DNA of 55,655 nucleotides, taken from a virus (Duplodnaviria > Caudoviricetes). Under the pieces are notes generated by a model. It saw nothing but the letters and a program-made list of their open reading frames with translations. It did no database searches and was not told the origin of the DNA. This document shows positions 31,901 to 38,527 of this stretch, piece after piece. Where the stretch lies: positions 1 through 55,655 of IMG/VR virus record IMGVR_UViG_3300002913_000001, one strand, 5' to 3'. Positions within the stretch are counted from its first letter, which is position 1; every line of letters starts with the position of its first letter. The position numbers and the translations under genes are program-made.

Positions 31901-34900
31901 CGTATCTATGACCGTGTCTTCCCGAAAACTGGTGGTGTTAAAAGTGAATTACATGAGCTTATGGCACATGGTTTAACTAACCCTGCACTTATTAGAAAGT
32001 TAGAAACTCTTAAACCAGTTACTGCAAACATGGACTTAAAAGGTAGGTCTGTATTAGAAGCTTTTCATAACATTATAGAACGTATAGTCAATGTGTTCAG
32101 ACGTGTGTTTAATGGCGAAAAAGTACCTAAAAACATCCATGATCAGTTATTTAGTTTAGCTCAACGTATTAATACAATTAATATGGATCAAAGAGGTGCT
32201 GTAGCTAAGTACCTATACAACAAGAATATCGTTTTAAGACACAAGCAAGCTAATACCTTATTTGCTAAAGGCGTTAACTACGTTTTAAATGGTGGAGCTA
32301 AAAAAGTAGGTGACCACTTATCTAAGCGTAGGGAAAAACGTAAAGAAAACCCTAGTAAATCTATCGTAGTACGTACTTTGAAAAATATTGAAAACATACC
32401 ACTAATAGGTGCCAAGCTAATTTCTAGTAAACAAGCTAGAAAAGCTATGGAAAAAAGTATAAGTAGAGCTAATGGTGCGGTGGGTAATTTTGTTAGATCC
32501 ACAATTAACGAACTAGGTAGCTTAACTCCTATGGAGTTTGTGAATATGATGTTCTTATCTAATAAGAATGTTGATGCAGAGCGTAGAAAAGCTAAAGAAT
32601 TACTAGCTTCGGTCCTCAAATCTTCGTTTGTAGGTAAGAAAGAGCCTACACATCATCAGTTAGTAGCATTGACTAGATTTGTGCTTAAAACAGACGCTTC
32701 AGCGCTGTTGCATAATGATACTTATACTATGGACGAAGTCTTAAATATGTTCAAAGACCCTAAGTATTTAGCACAACAGTTACAAAAGTATCATGCTAAG
32801 TTAGATACAGCTAATAACAGCTATTACAGGAACAACGTTAATGGCTTAGCTGACTTAATGGTATTTGGTGAAACTACTCAGAATAACTCAATGATGAATG
32901 CTTATTTCATCAGCACATTGGGCAGTAAAAGTAATATCAAAGACTGGGAAGATTTAGATATGCTAATCAGTCTTGTAGCGATACATAAGACTGTAAACGC
33001 TTTTGAAGGTGCGCAAGAAGATTTAGTAAAATTAATTAATTCAGAAATGTCAGTAAACCGTGATGTTAACGGTGTGACTGAAATGCTATTAGAACATCAG
33101 GCGTTCAAAACACGTGCTAGGGATAAAAACTTTACTGATAAGAATGGTAATGTACAGTACGGTTTGATGGCTAAGGGTTACATAGCTAAGCTCTACGATA
33201 GCACTCATGACATGGTAACCGAGCCTCTTAGAGTACCTAAAAAGAGTTTAACTGGTAAAGTCGTTAAAGGTTCTGATGGTAAGCCCGTTATGATCGATAA
33301 CATTGAAGTTATGCGTAAGTTAGGATATGAGTATCAAGGTAAAGTCCCGGATGTTAATGGATTAAACATAGGACCAGTGGGTCTGTTTGTTAACAAGTTA
33401 ACTGTTGAGACAGGTAGAACAAAAGGTATCGCATCAGCAACAGCTCTAAAAGCCTTCGGTACATCTATTATGGGGATATTAGCTAAAAATGTACTGTTAA
33501 AGGGACAACTTAGATCAACTATTGGTCTTATGGTTAGATCTGAAGGTGCTAAAGCAACTGATAAGAATACTAATGGTGTACATGCTAAAGCACCTAGAGC
33601 AATGATTCCTAGAAGAAATAGTACAGGTAAGATTGTAGATTATAGGATTTCTATAAAACATGATAAAGTTGAAGCACTACTAAATCAAAACTTAGATGCT
33701 ATTGAAGTGTTGGCTACGATGGAAAGCCACATGATAGATAAAGAAGCCTCAGAAGAGGTAAATGATTCTATTATTAAACTACTAACTAAAGATAGAAAGA
33801 GTATGAGCGCCAAGGATGCGCATAACTGGGTAGATATCTTAAGTCTTGATTATCACGAAGAATATGTTTCAAACTTTCCTAAGAAAATGCGTCAGGCTAT
33901 CGTAAGAAATTCAACTATTGATGATAAAGGTAAAGCTCAGTTTTTTGTGCAAAAAAGGGTTTTAGACGTTGCTTTCGGTTTCAAACAAGTATCAGTAGGT
34001 GATGCGTTACCTGATGGTAGGTTTAAAAGAGTAGCTACGTTAGTAGAAGGGTTATGGCAATGGGCTACACACAGAGCTATTGTTAACGTAGTAGTTAAGA
34101 TACCTGCTGTAGGAACCGCTAACGTAACATCTAACTTTGCTATAACTCTACTGCATGGCATGTGGCCACATAAAACTATCGCTGCTTTATATAAAGCATG
34201 GAAGGCCTTAGATCAGTATCAAGCAGATGTAGATACGTTAACTAAAATGATATATAAAGCACAGGCTAGACCTGAACTACTTAACAACCCTAAAACTAAA
34301 CGTAAGATGGAATTGCTTGGAAATAATATTAGTAAAAACCGACTACATAAATTTATGAGTAAAGGTTTATTTACAAGTATTACTGAAGATATTCATGTTT
34401 CTGAACATGCGAGTAAAAGAAGTATAGATGCTTTCGTTAAAGATAGATTTGGTATAACAATACCTAAACCTATGATTAAAGCAGCACAACACCTGTACCT
34501 GGGCAGTACTACACCAACAGGTAATGCGCTAGTTAAGTTTTTGCAGATGTCTGACTTCTTATTTAGGGTTGTTCTTTTTGAACACAGAGTGAATAAGAGT
34601 GGTTGGTCTGAGCAACGTGCATGGAACCTCATAGTTAAAACATTCATTTCCTATGACGTACCTTTGAATAAGCACGCTCAATATGCAAATGATATGAGCG
34701 TAATATGGTTCTATAAATATTGGGTTAGAATTCAGTATGTTGCCTTTAATGAGATTAAAAAACGTCCAGCAAATGCATTGCTATATTTCTTTGGTCAAGA
34801 ATTAATAGATACAGATAGTCCGGACATTTTTGATTCATCATTTATAGATGGTAACTTTATGCCAACAGATGCAGGTATATTAAAAACTCTAGAAGAGTTA

Positions 34901-34945
34901 TTAGTGCCACCTGCCTTTGAAATTGCTACTGGTGAAAGTTTATAG
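22934..34945 (+). CDS. Virion-encapsidated RNA polymerase (N4 gp50-like), 4003 aa
   Basis: QKQGRMMI, motif A VEIDGITNG (~29710), motif B RDLAKDPLMTTNY (~30110), motif C LTLYDAG (~30950), HELVH at 31736; no Cys seen on reading; size and synteny. Confidence 0.95.
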   Translation: MGILDDGSWSDIGTTSQTKSADLFDKAVQKQANIHRKAAGLKSQREVQGVQPILDEGVNSFTYDNVNSARNDGDSHGATTDEGYDHGQRFKYNDTPETKNLTASQRATQYPWAASYYGIPLERVTDELIYASGRMSTDRKNALISEGQGTLTEEGFVERSPADMQPVYDKDGELISGMEPQWYRIEGESTYDPASTRYKGDKRIKFDSVTNPYTGVDVIEAMNTPEHNVRWFNDNPRQNAIREAYDAEHGTAKGAGTLPSLVQVKANRKYGFDVFRPKDASNPTHTGFRKNNLNEVDAKRLADLANKHPEATLDELMGSTVSNSLAKFGQSTLNITGDLAQGASRPVRAALEFDTDLKELTKKRFQHGTAFMPKTDTDHKIKDYYFDENAQISGINLDRAHDRFLDLSERSRSQFSAEDTEFYDSFLGKSFQDANETVVAAKWRAAASKETAEQIDAYSKLLDDVVIRTMRAQREDARFTKTYQSIAHNEDGSAKDLSYKALGAITAFSEMYANDPTQAPIDFFTNLPYMVGLVYTGVPGAAALISAKDEDLVAEWQEMNPGKTQTSEERFITAGSSALAVGAEYFGDRFILKGKLEVLQKAMDRVAVKSNILTKAVVKTGEYATKGAVSTVVEGASGGTTEFAEQYAVEQDLTKIDDTKVSLSAAHEARAGSAGGVIMDAGRDVLPSDVNTNKVKLDKRNDILKNDKLTDQQRARVVKSRDKTIQNLIGQRHKIKLKDIDTVVGLTNIPEKIKKSLKQLISKNELEDTDLDAYLDELNTIAQFSNAITGESGTTIEDSQTLLDILKNKPEEEIVDPTNPKDAKEALAGHYRLITALEKGIAEHNRRAQIDVILAQVTDVDSSDALTITVLNNARKNAIAYTKANAADNIQYIKDDYKELTGKYPENTATYIKREAEQIANEEQILADELIRLNTPIAKTLDKAKVTAVNSESANTSFKPVGGIDVTHPTYNAQSEVDQILDKGIKTIIKDPELSKNLLIHNSNLDIQIKNLIKAGNTEDAAILQGQRKSYDEIVAAIRKKVTDEKTRTEVVPTETEEVLFSIDPSTLDSNELNNLDDSKLTEEQLELKRLQLERSALNSERADKNVADVHEEIMFGDNDTKRSFTYYEGQANDAMTGTERNQLGKFVQHMNKKSEVLSGAYNQVISGTPNMEIEVDAAPAIDYVKESANELNKISNYLHGAIDREMSGMFASMMKGTAHQMLNKELSQFSNLDNITENSLKGMRSMMLDKMQGQVSNKNIAEYVKAFDAYAQGVLNMQKAKALGTNTASKTTKKVAAQVIWIKKDDLDAAPILQAVEYVDNPAGLEYENLENPEQVTSHYKIHRNSGNLIEAIKKEAEYGVVTEQVINKILDGKQAITDQNADRFSADEITAIENALPTEMSDLDVQTLNTGEILDDTTETAEPVEVVQTESVETETVETTPVPEVKVETKVEVKPTTKTEEVKPAEFPVTIGKQELVIKGAKVYSAKSGKEVTVQRTVNRAFGVKAHNEGRAVNVTYKDKSYLVNDKGVILTKAKTNSGNIVHTKEDSVRAGILEAANQVFIQKGSPIRLVEQVDIAEVIVEDAQQTKANAVELNKVPVVKAKAKPTESKKVVVETEVIAEITKVNTDGTVGIPGNSIIKQYDGKFPNISSQSGEGNITNHFGTKNKKRESVFTLSKSGGVSIDTIKSSSEVLVAKVNQKLQEKGQDPIDANPMYLEILGNTVTNFKKDYAAKGPKIATTAGVSVTKSLKAFHVKDSQGKYTLPDEVFLAAAITGLQWLSENSGRLNSKDDTQVKGFLGLDSKEKLSNTERATVEDMGYIFPDASGRLGKQILEALNIKALRDTEYVLKRGEATVSPEHTQESVEMALGMLALTMLSSIDASTIETRFNPGSGPLINMQNVKLTDLPIRSNIDSETLIKDAEGNTIDPAEGNFLMDETGNFINTFVDKYGNVKEVSHPMSKKSFTTLRLNDSITSASNKKEENNALKQFIQFIRSQSSHAEALLGHNISKNGVFSKPVLEVQTNMRGSLSKVSTRRQALMKRLQSIPQQGKVGELALWNSLSLEAQQHISGVTDVDTKHITRRDSFTASNKALLQEIDIINMYDNAVFYYQYGVQKQGRMMIKSSGINPMNSKIHRHLVAAKSNPTTVTAKDTAMRNIFKIAVAAAFGAPIDKQGAQKSIDDFADIMGNPVVATALDILRDPEQAALHEEAILSVHEFIQVDPAGNETKPYANKVHLLEGLAALLAYSEGNFKTDITVEIDGITNGYAISLLQFGGKNLKQALAQVGVSLGNAEDYGTWLADPSNIDVYLSLAKEMNAQRNSASIVEYYEKAYTDPSTGELKYPKGLLAVMERLTKSVNGKPVVNTNAFISLDRIDGEIKNKEGDLTKFARDLAKDPLMTTNYSAQLNTVLGKMTKSAIESMYDKMAKIQLEYDTGDKGKAEKSAKDLGNAIGLFLGFEVGTVNLVAELAQGNLKNYKLHPTDINKLMSAIRYIYKPSLDAGLTKILGKEGDVSTLRGRKTLVTRGYEWIYTGYVEAYEDGVTGLGVKHPTREQKREVARSLQGTYYPKYQSAWDDTGENETFIDILTSKQVDSTETIQYEYAMPGYTTYYKGAKPLSESARKSKDAKTRNTTLSTTEPDSPGAKAIVNATQSVDADSMGTVSEVLEFLTLYDAGIFSIKDLQQGKELYNDVFINMNLAHNFMEVTIENMKKLQKLLAKDPDRAKAVAERYFKESHETKHLPFDSPIREEVTLSAAITSLEDALRNVKRELLLLEGLNKVTEEVVKKDGTTETLTHYPNVYQLNWPDVSKVTDNADTHYSLKANIGAQVHRMFYTEGSAKNVSDLFDFFGNRAKKFYHSPEAYAKETRQLGEVIDKLILPAVGILDNLSIEGLSAKTFAHGKYEPGKTKVTVTANKSKPETYSESTGQEVYVHELVHAITQVGIEHDSAIRPELQRIYNYLRKEVTVNDFLDPHTLKSEQAEKEAAQRIYDRVFPKTGGVKSELHELMAHGLTNPALIRKLETLKPVTANMDLKGRSVLEAFHNIIERIVNVFRRVFNGEKVPKNIHDQLFSLAQRINTINMDQRGAVAKYLYNKNIVLRHKQANTLFAKGVNYVLNGGAKKVGDHLSKRREKRKENPSKSIVVRTLKNIENIPLIGAKLISSKQARKAMEKSISRANGAVGNFVRSTINELGSLTPMEFVNMMFLSNKNVDAERRKAKELLASVLKSSFVGKKEPTHHQLVALTRFVLKTDASALLHNDTYTMDEVLNMFKDPKYLAQQLQKYHAKLDTANNSYYRNNVNGLADLMVFGETTQNNSMMNAYFISTLGSKSNIKDWEDLDMLISLVAIHKTVNAFEGAQEDLVKLINSEMSVNRDVNGVTEMLLEHQAFKTRARDKNFTDKNGNVQYGLMAKGYIAKLYDSTHDMVTEPLRVPKKSLTGKVVKGSDGKPVMIDNIEVMRKLGYEYQGKVPDVNGLNIGPVGLFVNKLTVETGRTKGIASATALKAFGTSIMGILAKNVLLKGQLRSTIGLMVRSEGAKATDKNTNGVHAKAPRAMIPRRNSTGKIVDYRISIKHDKVEALLNQNLDAIEVLATMESHMIDKEASEEVNDSIIKLLTKDRKSMSAKDAHNWVDILSLDYHEEYVSNFPKKMRQAIVRNSTIDDKGKAQFFVQKRVLDVAFGFKQVSVGDALPDGRFKRVATLVEGLWQWATHRAIVNVVVKIPAVGTANVTSNFAITLLHGMWPHKTIAALYKAWKALDQYQADVDTLTKMIYKAQARPELLNNPKTKRKMELLGNNISKNRLHKFMSKGLFTSITEDIHVSEHASKRSIDAFVKDRFGITIPKPMIKAAQHLYLGSTTPTGNALVKFLQMSDFLFRVVLFEHRVNKSGWSEQRAWNLIVKTFISYDVPLNKHAQYANDMSVIWFYKYWVRIQYVAFNEIKKRPANALLYFFGQELIDTDSPDIFDSSFIDGNFMPTDAGILKTLEELLVPPAFEIATGESL

Positions 34946-34946
34946 G

Positions 34947-35138
34947 TTATCTATCTGAGTCTTCGTTGAGTACTTTAATGAGGACATAGGTGGCTAAAAC
35001 AATAGCGATACCTATGAAAATGGGCACAGCGAATGCAGCTAATACAATAGCTGCTATCACTGCACCGGATAATACTATGGTATATAGTATTATTTTTAAT
35101 TGTTCCAGGAAGTTATGCACCTGAAAGTCTGTCACCAA
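34947..35138 (-). CDS. Small membrane protein
   Basis: Long hydrophobic region, converges on the vRNAP stop. Confidence 0.6.
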   Translation of the reverse strand: MVTDFQVHNFLEQLKIILYTIVLSGAVIAAIVLAAFAVPIFIGIAIVLATYVLIKVLNEDSDR

Positions 35139-35349
35139 AAGGTGACTCTTTAATGTGTATATCTACTTCAGGTTCTGAGGTGTGCATTAAACCACTAGCA
35201 TCGATAATACTAACTTCAGCTGTTGGCTGTCCACCTTTAACGGCTTTAATAGAGATCTCTAACTCGGTAGTATCAGTTACGATATTACGTGAAGCTAGAT
35301 AACCTCTAACAGCGGCATGAAGATCATTTTTATTTAAACTAATTTTCAT
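35113..35349 (-). CDS. Hypothetical protein downstream of SSB
   Basis: RBS AAGGAG; MKISLN..L..AVRGYL N-terminus as seen after N4-type SSB genes. Confidence 0.65.
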   Translation of the reverse strand: MKISLNKNDLHAAVRGYLASRNIVTDTTELEISIKAVKGGQPTAEVSIIDASGLMHTSEPEVDIHIKESPFGDRLSGA

Positions 35350-35358
35350 ACCTGCTCC

Positions 35359-36069
35359 TTAACCGAAAAGTTTTTTAGCGCCACTAACTGGTGCAGTAGT
35401 ATCAACAATCTTTTTAGAACGATCATGTGTTTTACCGTCATTAGCCTTTTTCCAAGCAATAATGAATGAAGCTTCTGTGTCACCTTTAGCTTTTTCCATT
35501 ACAGATAGACCTGAATCCGCATAGAAGAACTGAGAAATTACATTAACCTCACGAGTGTCTGCGATATCAACATATTTACCTGTACCGTCATTAGCACGCT
35601 TGTTCTCAATGCGCTTGATAATACCAACTTTAACTTTCTTACCGATTAGGTTAGTCATTACGTGGTCTTTAGCAGTTGGCATCTCTTTCTTAGCATCAAA
35701 GTTATAGATATTGATTGTTTTAGCTTCAGATGCATTAGCAGCATCTTCTAAAGTCTCATCAATAGCAGCCATACATAGGTTTAAACCTTGTGTGTAGCCA
35801 GGTAGTGGGCGCTTAGTGCCTTTAGCATCAATGTAAGTAGATTTCTGGCCTTTAGCAGTGCCTGAAGTAATCCACAAAGTTTCTTTAAGTTTTTTAGTAC
35901 CATCTAGCAGTGTTAGGTTTAATCCCATAGCTCCACCTCTAGACTCATCTAAATAAGCCATATCCACTACTACGTCATAGATTCCTGATTCCCAAGTGAA
36001 CGAACCGCCACCTACTGTATCTTCATCTAGTTTTACATCTTTATCAATTTTAAGATTTCCAAAATTCAT
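35359..36069 (-). CDS. ssb: Single-stranded DNA-binding protein (N4 gp45-like)
   Basis: D.VGGG..ESGIYD..MAY..S.GGA..ETLWITSG..K..RPLPG..IYNFDAKKE..KKLFG; likely start ATG 36069 after AAAAGGA. Confidence 0.85.
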   Translation of the reverse strand: MNFGNLKIDKDVKLDEDTVGGGSFTWESGIYDVVVDMAYLDESRGGAMGLNLTLLDGTKKLKETLWITSGTAKGQKSTYIDAKGTKRPLPGYTQGLNLCMAAIDETLEDAANASEAKTINIYNFDAKKEMPTAKDHVMTNLIGKKVKVGIIKRIENKRANDGTGKYVDIADTREVNVISQFFYADSGLSVMEKAKGDTEASFIIAWKKANDGKTHDRSKKIVDTTAPVSGAKKLFG

Positions 36070-36091
36070 AATATTTCCTTTTATATAATTA

Positions 36092-36134
36092 TTGCCAAGA
36101 ATAGAAGACCTTAAGGTTGGCAACGTACCCTTAA
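36092..36134 (-). promoter_or_regulatory. H-type pseudoknot in the SSB leader
   Basis: RNA UUAAGG-GUACG-UUGCCAA-CCUUAA-(12 nt)-UUGGCAA; S1 6 bp (extendable by G-U), S2 7 bp; then AU-rich spacer and RBS. Confidence 0.75.
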
Positions 36135-36153
36135 AGCTTTTTAGTTTGTAATA

Positions 36154-36168
36154 GGGTTCGGAGAACCC
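36154..36168. promoter_or_regulatory. 6-bp stem, GGA-triloop hairpin 1
   Basis: GGGTTC-GGA-GAACCC. Confidence 0.6.
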
Positions 36169-36177
36169 AGAGATTAG

Positions 36178-36306
36178 TTATTTACAGCGTTTACTGTTAG
36201 GGTGTCTTGCACATCTGTGCGACCCGTGACTAGTAGCTTTCTTACTGATACGGTTACCGTTAGCATCTGATTTGCGTGTAACACCGTTTATTGCTGATTT
36301 ACTCAT
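36178..36306 (-). CDS. 42-aa highly basic protein (not in ORF track)
   Basis: RBS GGGAGG; MSKSAINGVTRKSDANGNRISKKATSHGSHRCARHPNSKRCK*. Confidence 0.7.
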   Translation of the reverse strand: MSKSAINGVTRKSDANGNRISKKATSHGSHRCARHPNSKRCK

Positions 36307-36319
36307 ATTACCCTCCCAG

Positions 36320-36745
36320 GTAGTGTTTAATTAGGTGAGAGTTTTTACACACCAGTACTCTCAGACTGGCTAATAATAAGGAGTGGGCATGAATAACCCA
36401 GCTTATACGTGTTTGGGGACATTTTCTCTAGTGTCCAGCTAGTCAACTTTGCTTTTATGCTCCTGAGAGTTAAAAGTAAAATAGGGTCATGTTTTGCAGC
36501 ATCTTAGGAAACATGAAACCTTCAAAAAGGTGGGGAGTGGAGTGAATCCACATAAATACCTTGGCCAGTCTTCTACATGCATACGGTAAGAAGTGTACCG
36601 TCTTATTAGCCTAGTCATCGGAGATAAATCCTGACCAGGAGATGATGCATTCACCCGTATTAGTTATGTTAACATGCATGACATGCAGATGGACTCTCTC
36701 CTCAAGAGTAAACCCTCCCAAGTTGTAAAACCATCTGCATACTCA
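36320..36745 (-). ncRNA. Candidate structured non-coding RNA region (pseudoknots and hairpins back to back)
   Basis: No ORF in the track; about nine adjacent paired modules, four of them H-type pseudoknots (36336-36370, 36384-36406, 36417-36442, 36570-36601), plus a 10-bp perfect stem 36683-36692/36731-36740. Confidence 0.6.
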
Positions 36746-36746
36746 T

Positions 36747-36938
36747 TCAAAATATAAATCCTGAGCTATTTAAGCCTTGTACTTTATATTGGTCCATTAA
36801 ATCTGTTGTTCTACGAGCTAAACATCTTTTTAAATAGTGGGCGAATGATGCTTCGTAATTAGCTCCGTTTTTAGCTGCTCTATCTGCATAGTCCTCAGCT
36901 AGTGCCTCACATAACTCCTCTTTAGTTATTTCTTTCAC
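36747..36938 (-). CDS. Hypothetical protein
   Basis: GTG start with RBS AGGAG. Confidence 0.6.
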   Translation of the reverse strand: MKEITKEELCEALAEDYADRAAKNGANYEASFAHYLKRCLARRTTDLMDQYKVQGLNSSGFIF

Positions 36939-36941
36939 GTT

Positions 36942-37334
36942 TTACTCCTGTATAGGTAAAAACTCACACTGGATTCTTGGGCTGCTAGACCAAAACATAC
37001 GGGCACGTAGCATTACTATTTGCCTGTCATCTAGATAGTATTTCCCATTTAAAGAATCCATTATGGCTTTACAATAATTATCAATATCTGCGTTATTTGA
37101 ACAGAACTTTCCCTGGTGTTCATTTTTCTTCTTTTTTGACCACGACATCGGGATCTTAACAAAGAAGTCTAATTTAGCATATACATTGTCCTCTAAAGGT
37201 ACACAATGTATATCACTTTTAGCTATTTCCATAGCTGCTTTAAATTCTGTGTATTTTTTACCATAGAATGTAGACCATCTAGTTACCCGTGGTCTACTGG
37301 CTGGTACTGGTGGGACATGAAATGTCACTTTCAT
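36942..37334 (-). CDS. rusA: RusA-family Holliday junction resolvase
   Basis: PVPASRPR..ADIDNYCKAIMDSLNG..YLDDRQIV; likely start ATG 37334 after GAGGAG. Confidence 0.9.
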   Translation of the reverse strand: MKVTFHVPPVPASRPRVTRWSTFYGKKYTEFKAAMEIAKSDIHCVPLEDNVYAKLDFFVKIPMSWSKKKKNEHQGKFCSNNADIDNYCKAIMDSLNGKYYLDDRQIVMLRARMFWSSSPRIQCEFLPIQE

Positions 37335-37494
37335 TTTTCGCATTCTCCTCAAAAGATGTACAGAACTTAGTAGGATACTCTTCTTCCCAGACGTGTGCAA
37401 GAATAATTCCTACATCCTCATCGAATTTATCTTCAGCGGATATACAATACTGCTTACCTTGACCGTCTGGCCAACAGAATTTGCTTTTGTTCAT
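37294..37494 (-). CDS. Hypothetical protein
   Basis: 66-aa ORF on the coding strand. Confidence 0.5.
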   Translation of the reverse strand: MNKSKFCWPDGQGKQYCISAEDKFDEDVGIILAHVWEEEYPTKFCTSFEENAKNESDISCPTSTSQ

Positions 37495-37591
37495 CTTCTT
37501 CCCTTTTAATCTTGCGTAGCTTTTCCAGTAAGTTGTTCTGTCTAGCTTGCCTAGCCCAGTAATCCTCAGGAAGTTCTTTTAGATTGCTCAT
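37454..37591 (-). CDS. 45-aa charged hypothetical protein (not in ORF track)
   Basis: MSNLKELPEDYWARQARQNNLLEKLRKIKREEDEQKQILLARRSR*; AGGA upstream. Confidence 0.45.
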   Translation of the reverse strand: MSNLKELPEDYWARQARQNNLLEKLRKIKREEDEQKQILLARRSR

Positions 37592-37724
37592 AGCATGAGA
37601 TCCTATTAGTTAATTTAGTGAGGTCTTCGCAGTAGTTATCTTTCATTAACACCCAAAACCGTAGTGTTGGATAATTAGTTTAAGGCTGCTTCGTCAGTGG
37701 GACTTCCCCCGTTGCCCTCAACTC

Positions 37725-38147
37725 TTACATTGCTTTATTAAATAGTTTCCAAAATCCATCAGGATCAAAGTACATACGCTCACGCATACTAGCAGTTACT
37801 TTTGCTTGCTGTATCACTGTACCGTTTGTGGATTTAGTTTTAAGCACTAATGCGACCTCATGAGACCTGTGTAGTCTTGCTGCTGCACACTGTTTAGAAA
37901 TACCAGCTTTTGCTACAATCTCTGGGATAGTCCAAACACTGCCATCATCTAAAGTGTAGGATTTAAACTTACCTTTTTTAGGATCGTTTGATTTAATCAG
38001 AAATATCTTCTCAGGGTCTCTAGTCCTAGCTAATCTACATCTAGCTGTTGACACGCTTACACCTGTTTTAGCTACGATATCAAATGCAGTGACCTCAGTC
38101 CCATCTGTTAAAACATATATCTTAGATTTTCTATTATTAGCACCCAT
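37725..38147 (-). CDS. DNA-binding protein with two tandem HTH-like repeats
   Basis: Y.L.DG...T...IVAK.G.S...A..RL.R occurs twice. Confidence 0.6.
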   Translation of the reverse strand: MGANNRKSKIYVLTDGTEVTAFDIVAKTGVSVSTARCRLARTRDPEKIFLIKSNDPKKGKFKSYTLDDGSVWTIPEIVAKAGISKQCAAARLHRSHEVALVLKTKSTNGTVIQQAKVTASMRERMYFDPDGFWKLFNKAM

Positions 38148-38223
38148 CAGAAAAATCCTCGGCTATCATATATAAAAGCCATGCTAGGTACACTATACTT
38201 ACCCCAACTAAGTATTCAAACAT
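38137..38223 (-). CDS. 28-aa membrane peptide (not in ORF track)
   Basis: RBS GGAG; MFEYLVGVSIVYLAWLLYMIAEDFSDGC*. Confidence 0.5.
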   Translation of the reverse strand: MFEYLVGVSIVYLAWLLYMIAEDFSDGC

Positions 38224-38224
38224 A

Positions 38225-38527
38225 TTAATTCTCCAATGTAGGTACTAACCAAGATACCCGTCTATCTACGGTATCTGTCTGGTGATCTATTAAGCCACAA
38301 GCTTTTAACTCTAGTACTGCACGTTTAATAGTTGAAAACGATTTATTAGTGAAATAGCTATGTTGTCTAATATGCGCTATACACACCTTATTGGCTGCAG
38401 CGTAGATATAAATATCCTCAGCCGTGTCGGTTAGAGCATATTCACCTAATGCCGCATGTACTTCAGTTTTAATAAGCTGTTTCTTACGCCATACTTGGGC
38501 GATGTTTGCTAATGCTTGTTGTCTCAT
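38225..38527 (-). CDS. MarR-like winged-helix DNA-binding protein
   Basis: STIKRAVLEL...GLI.....DRRV wing motif. Confidence 0.7.
   Translation of the reverse strand: MRQQALANIAQVWRKKQLIKTEVHAALGEYALTDTAEDIYIYAAANKVCIAHIRQHSYFTNKSFSTIKRAVLELKACGLIDHQTDTVDRRVSWLVPTLEN

Noticed and set aside
270-34647. Many - strand ORFs in the late region (and + strand ORFs in 39186-55528)
   Set aside because: They lie wholly antisense to well-supported genes and show no motifs; shadow ORFs.
36070-36123. N-terminal extension of SSB from TTG 36123
   Set aside because: It lies in the pseudoknot/AU-rich leader; the RBS points to ATG 36069.
36320-36745. tRNA, tmRNA, CRISPR array, riboswitch or hammerhead ribozyme
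   Set aside because: No T-loop/acceptor stem, no repeat-spacer periodicity, and no complete preQ1, SAM-II, TPP or hammerhead consensus by eye. An Rfam scan is still needed.
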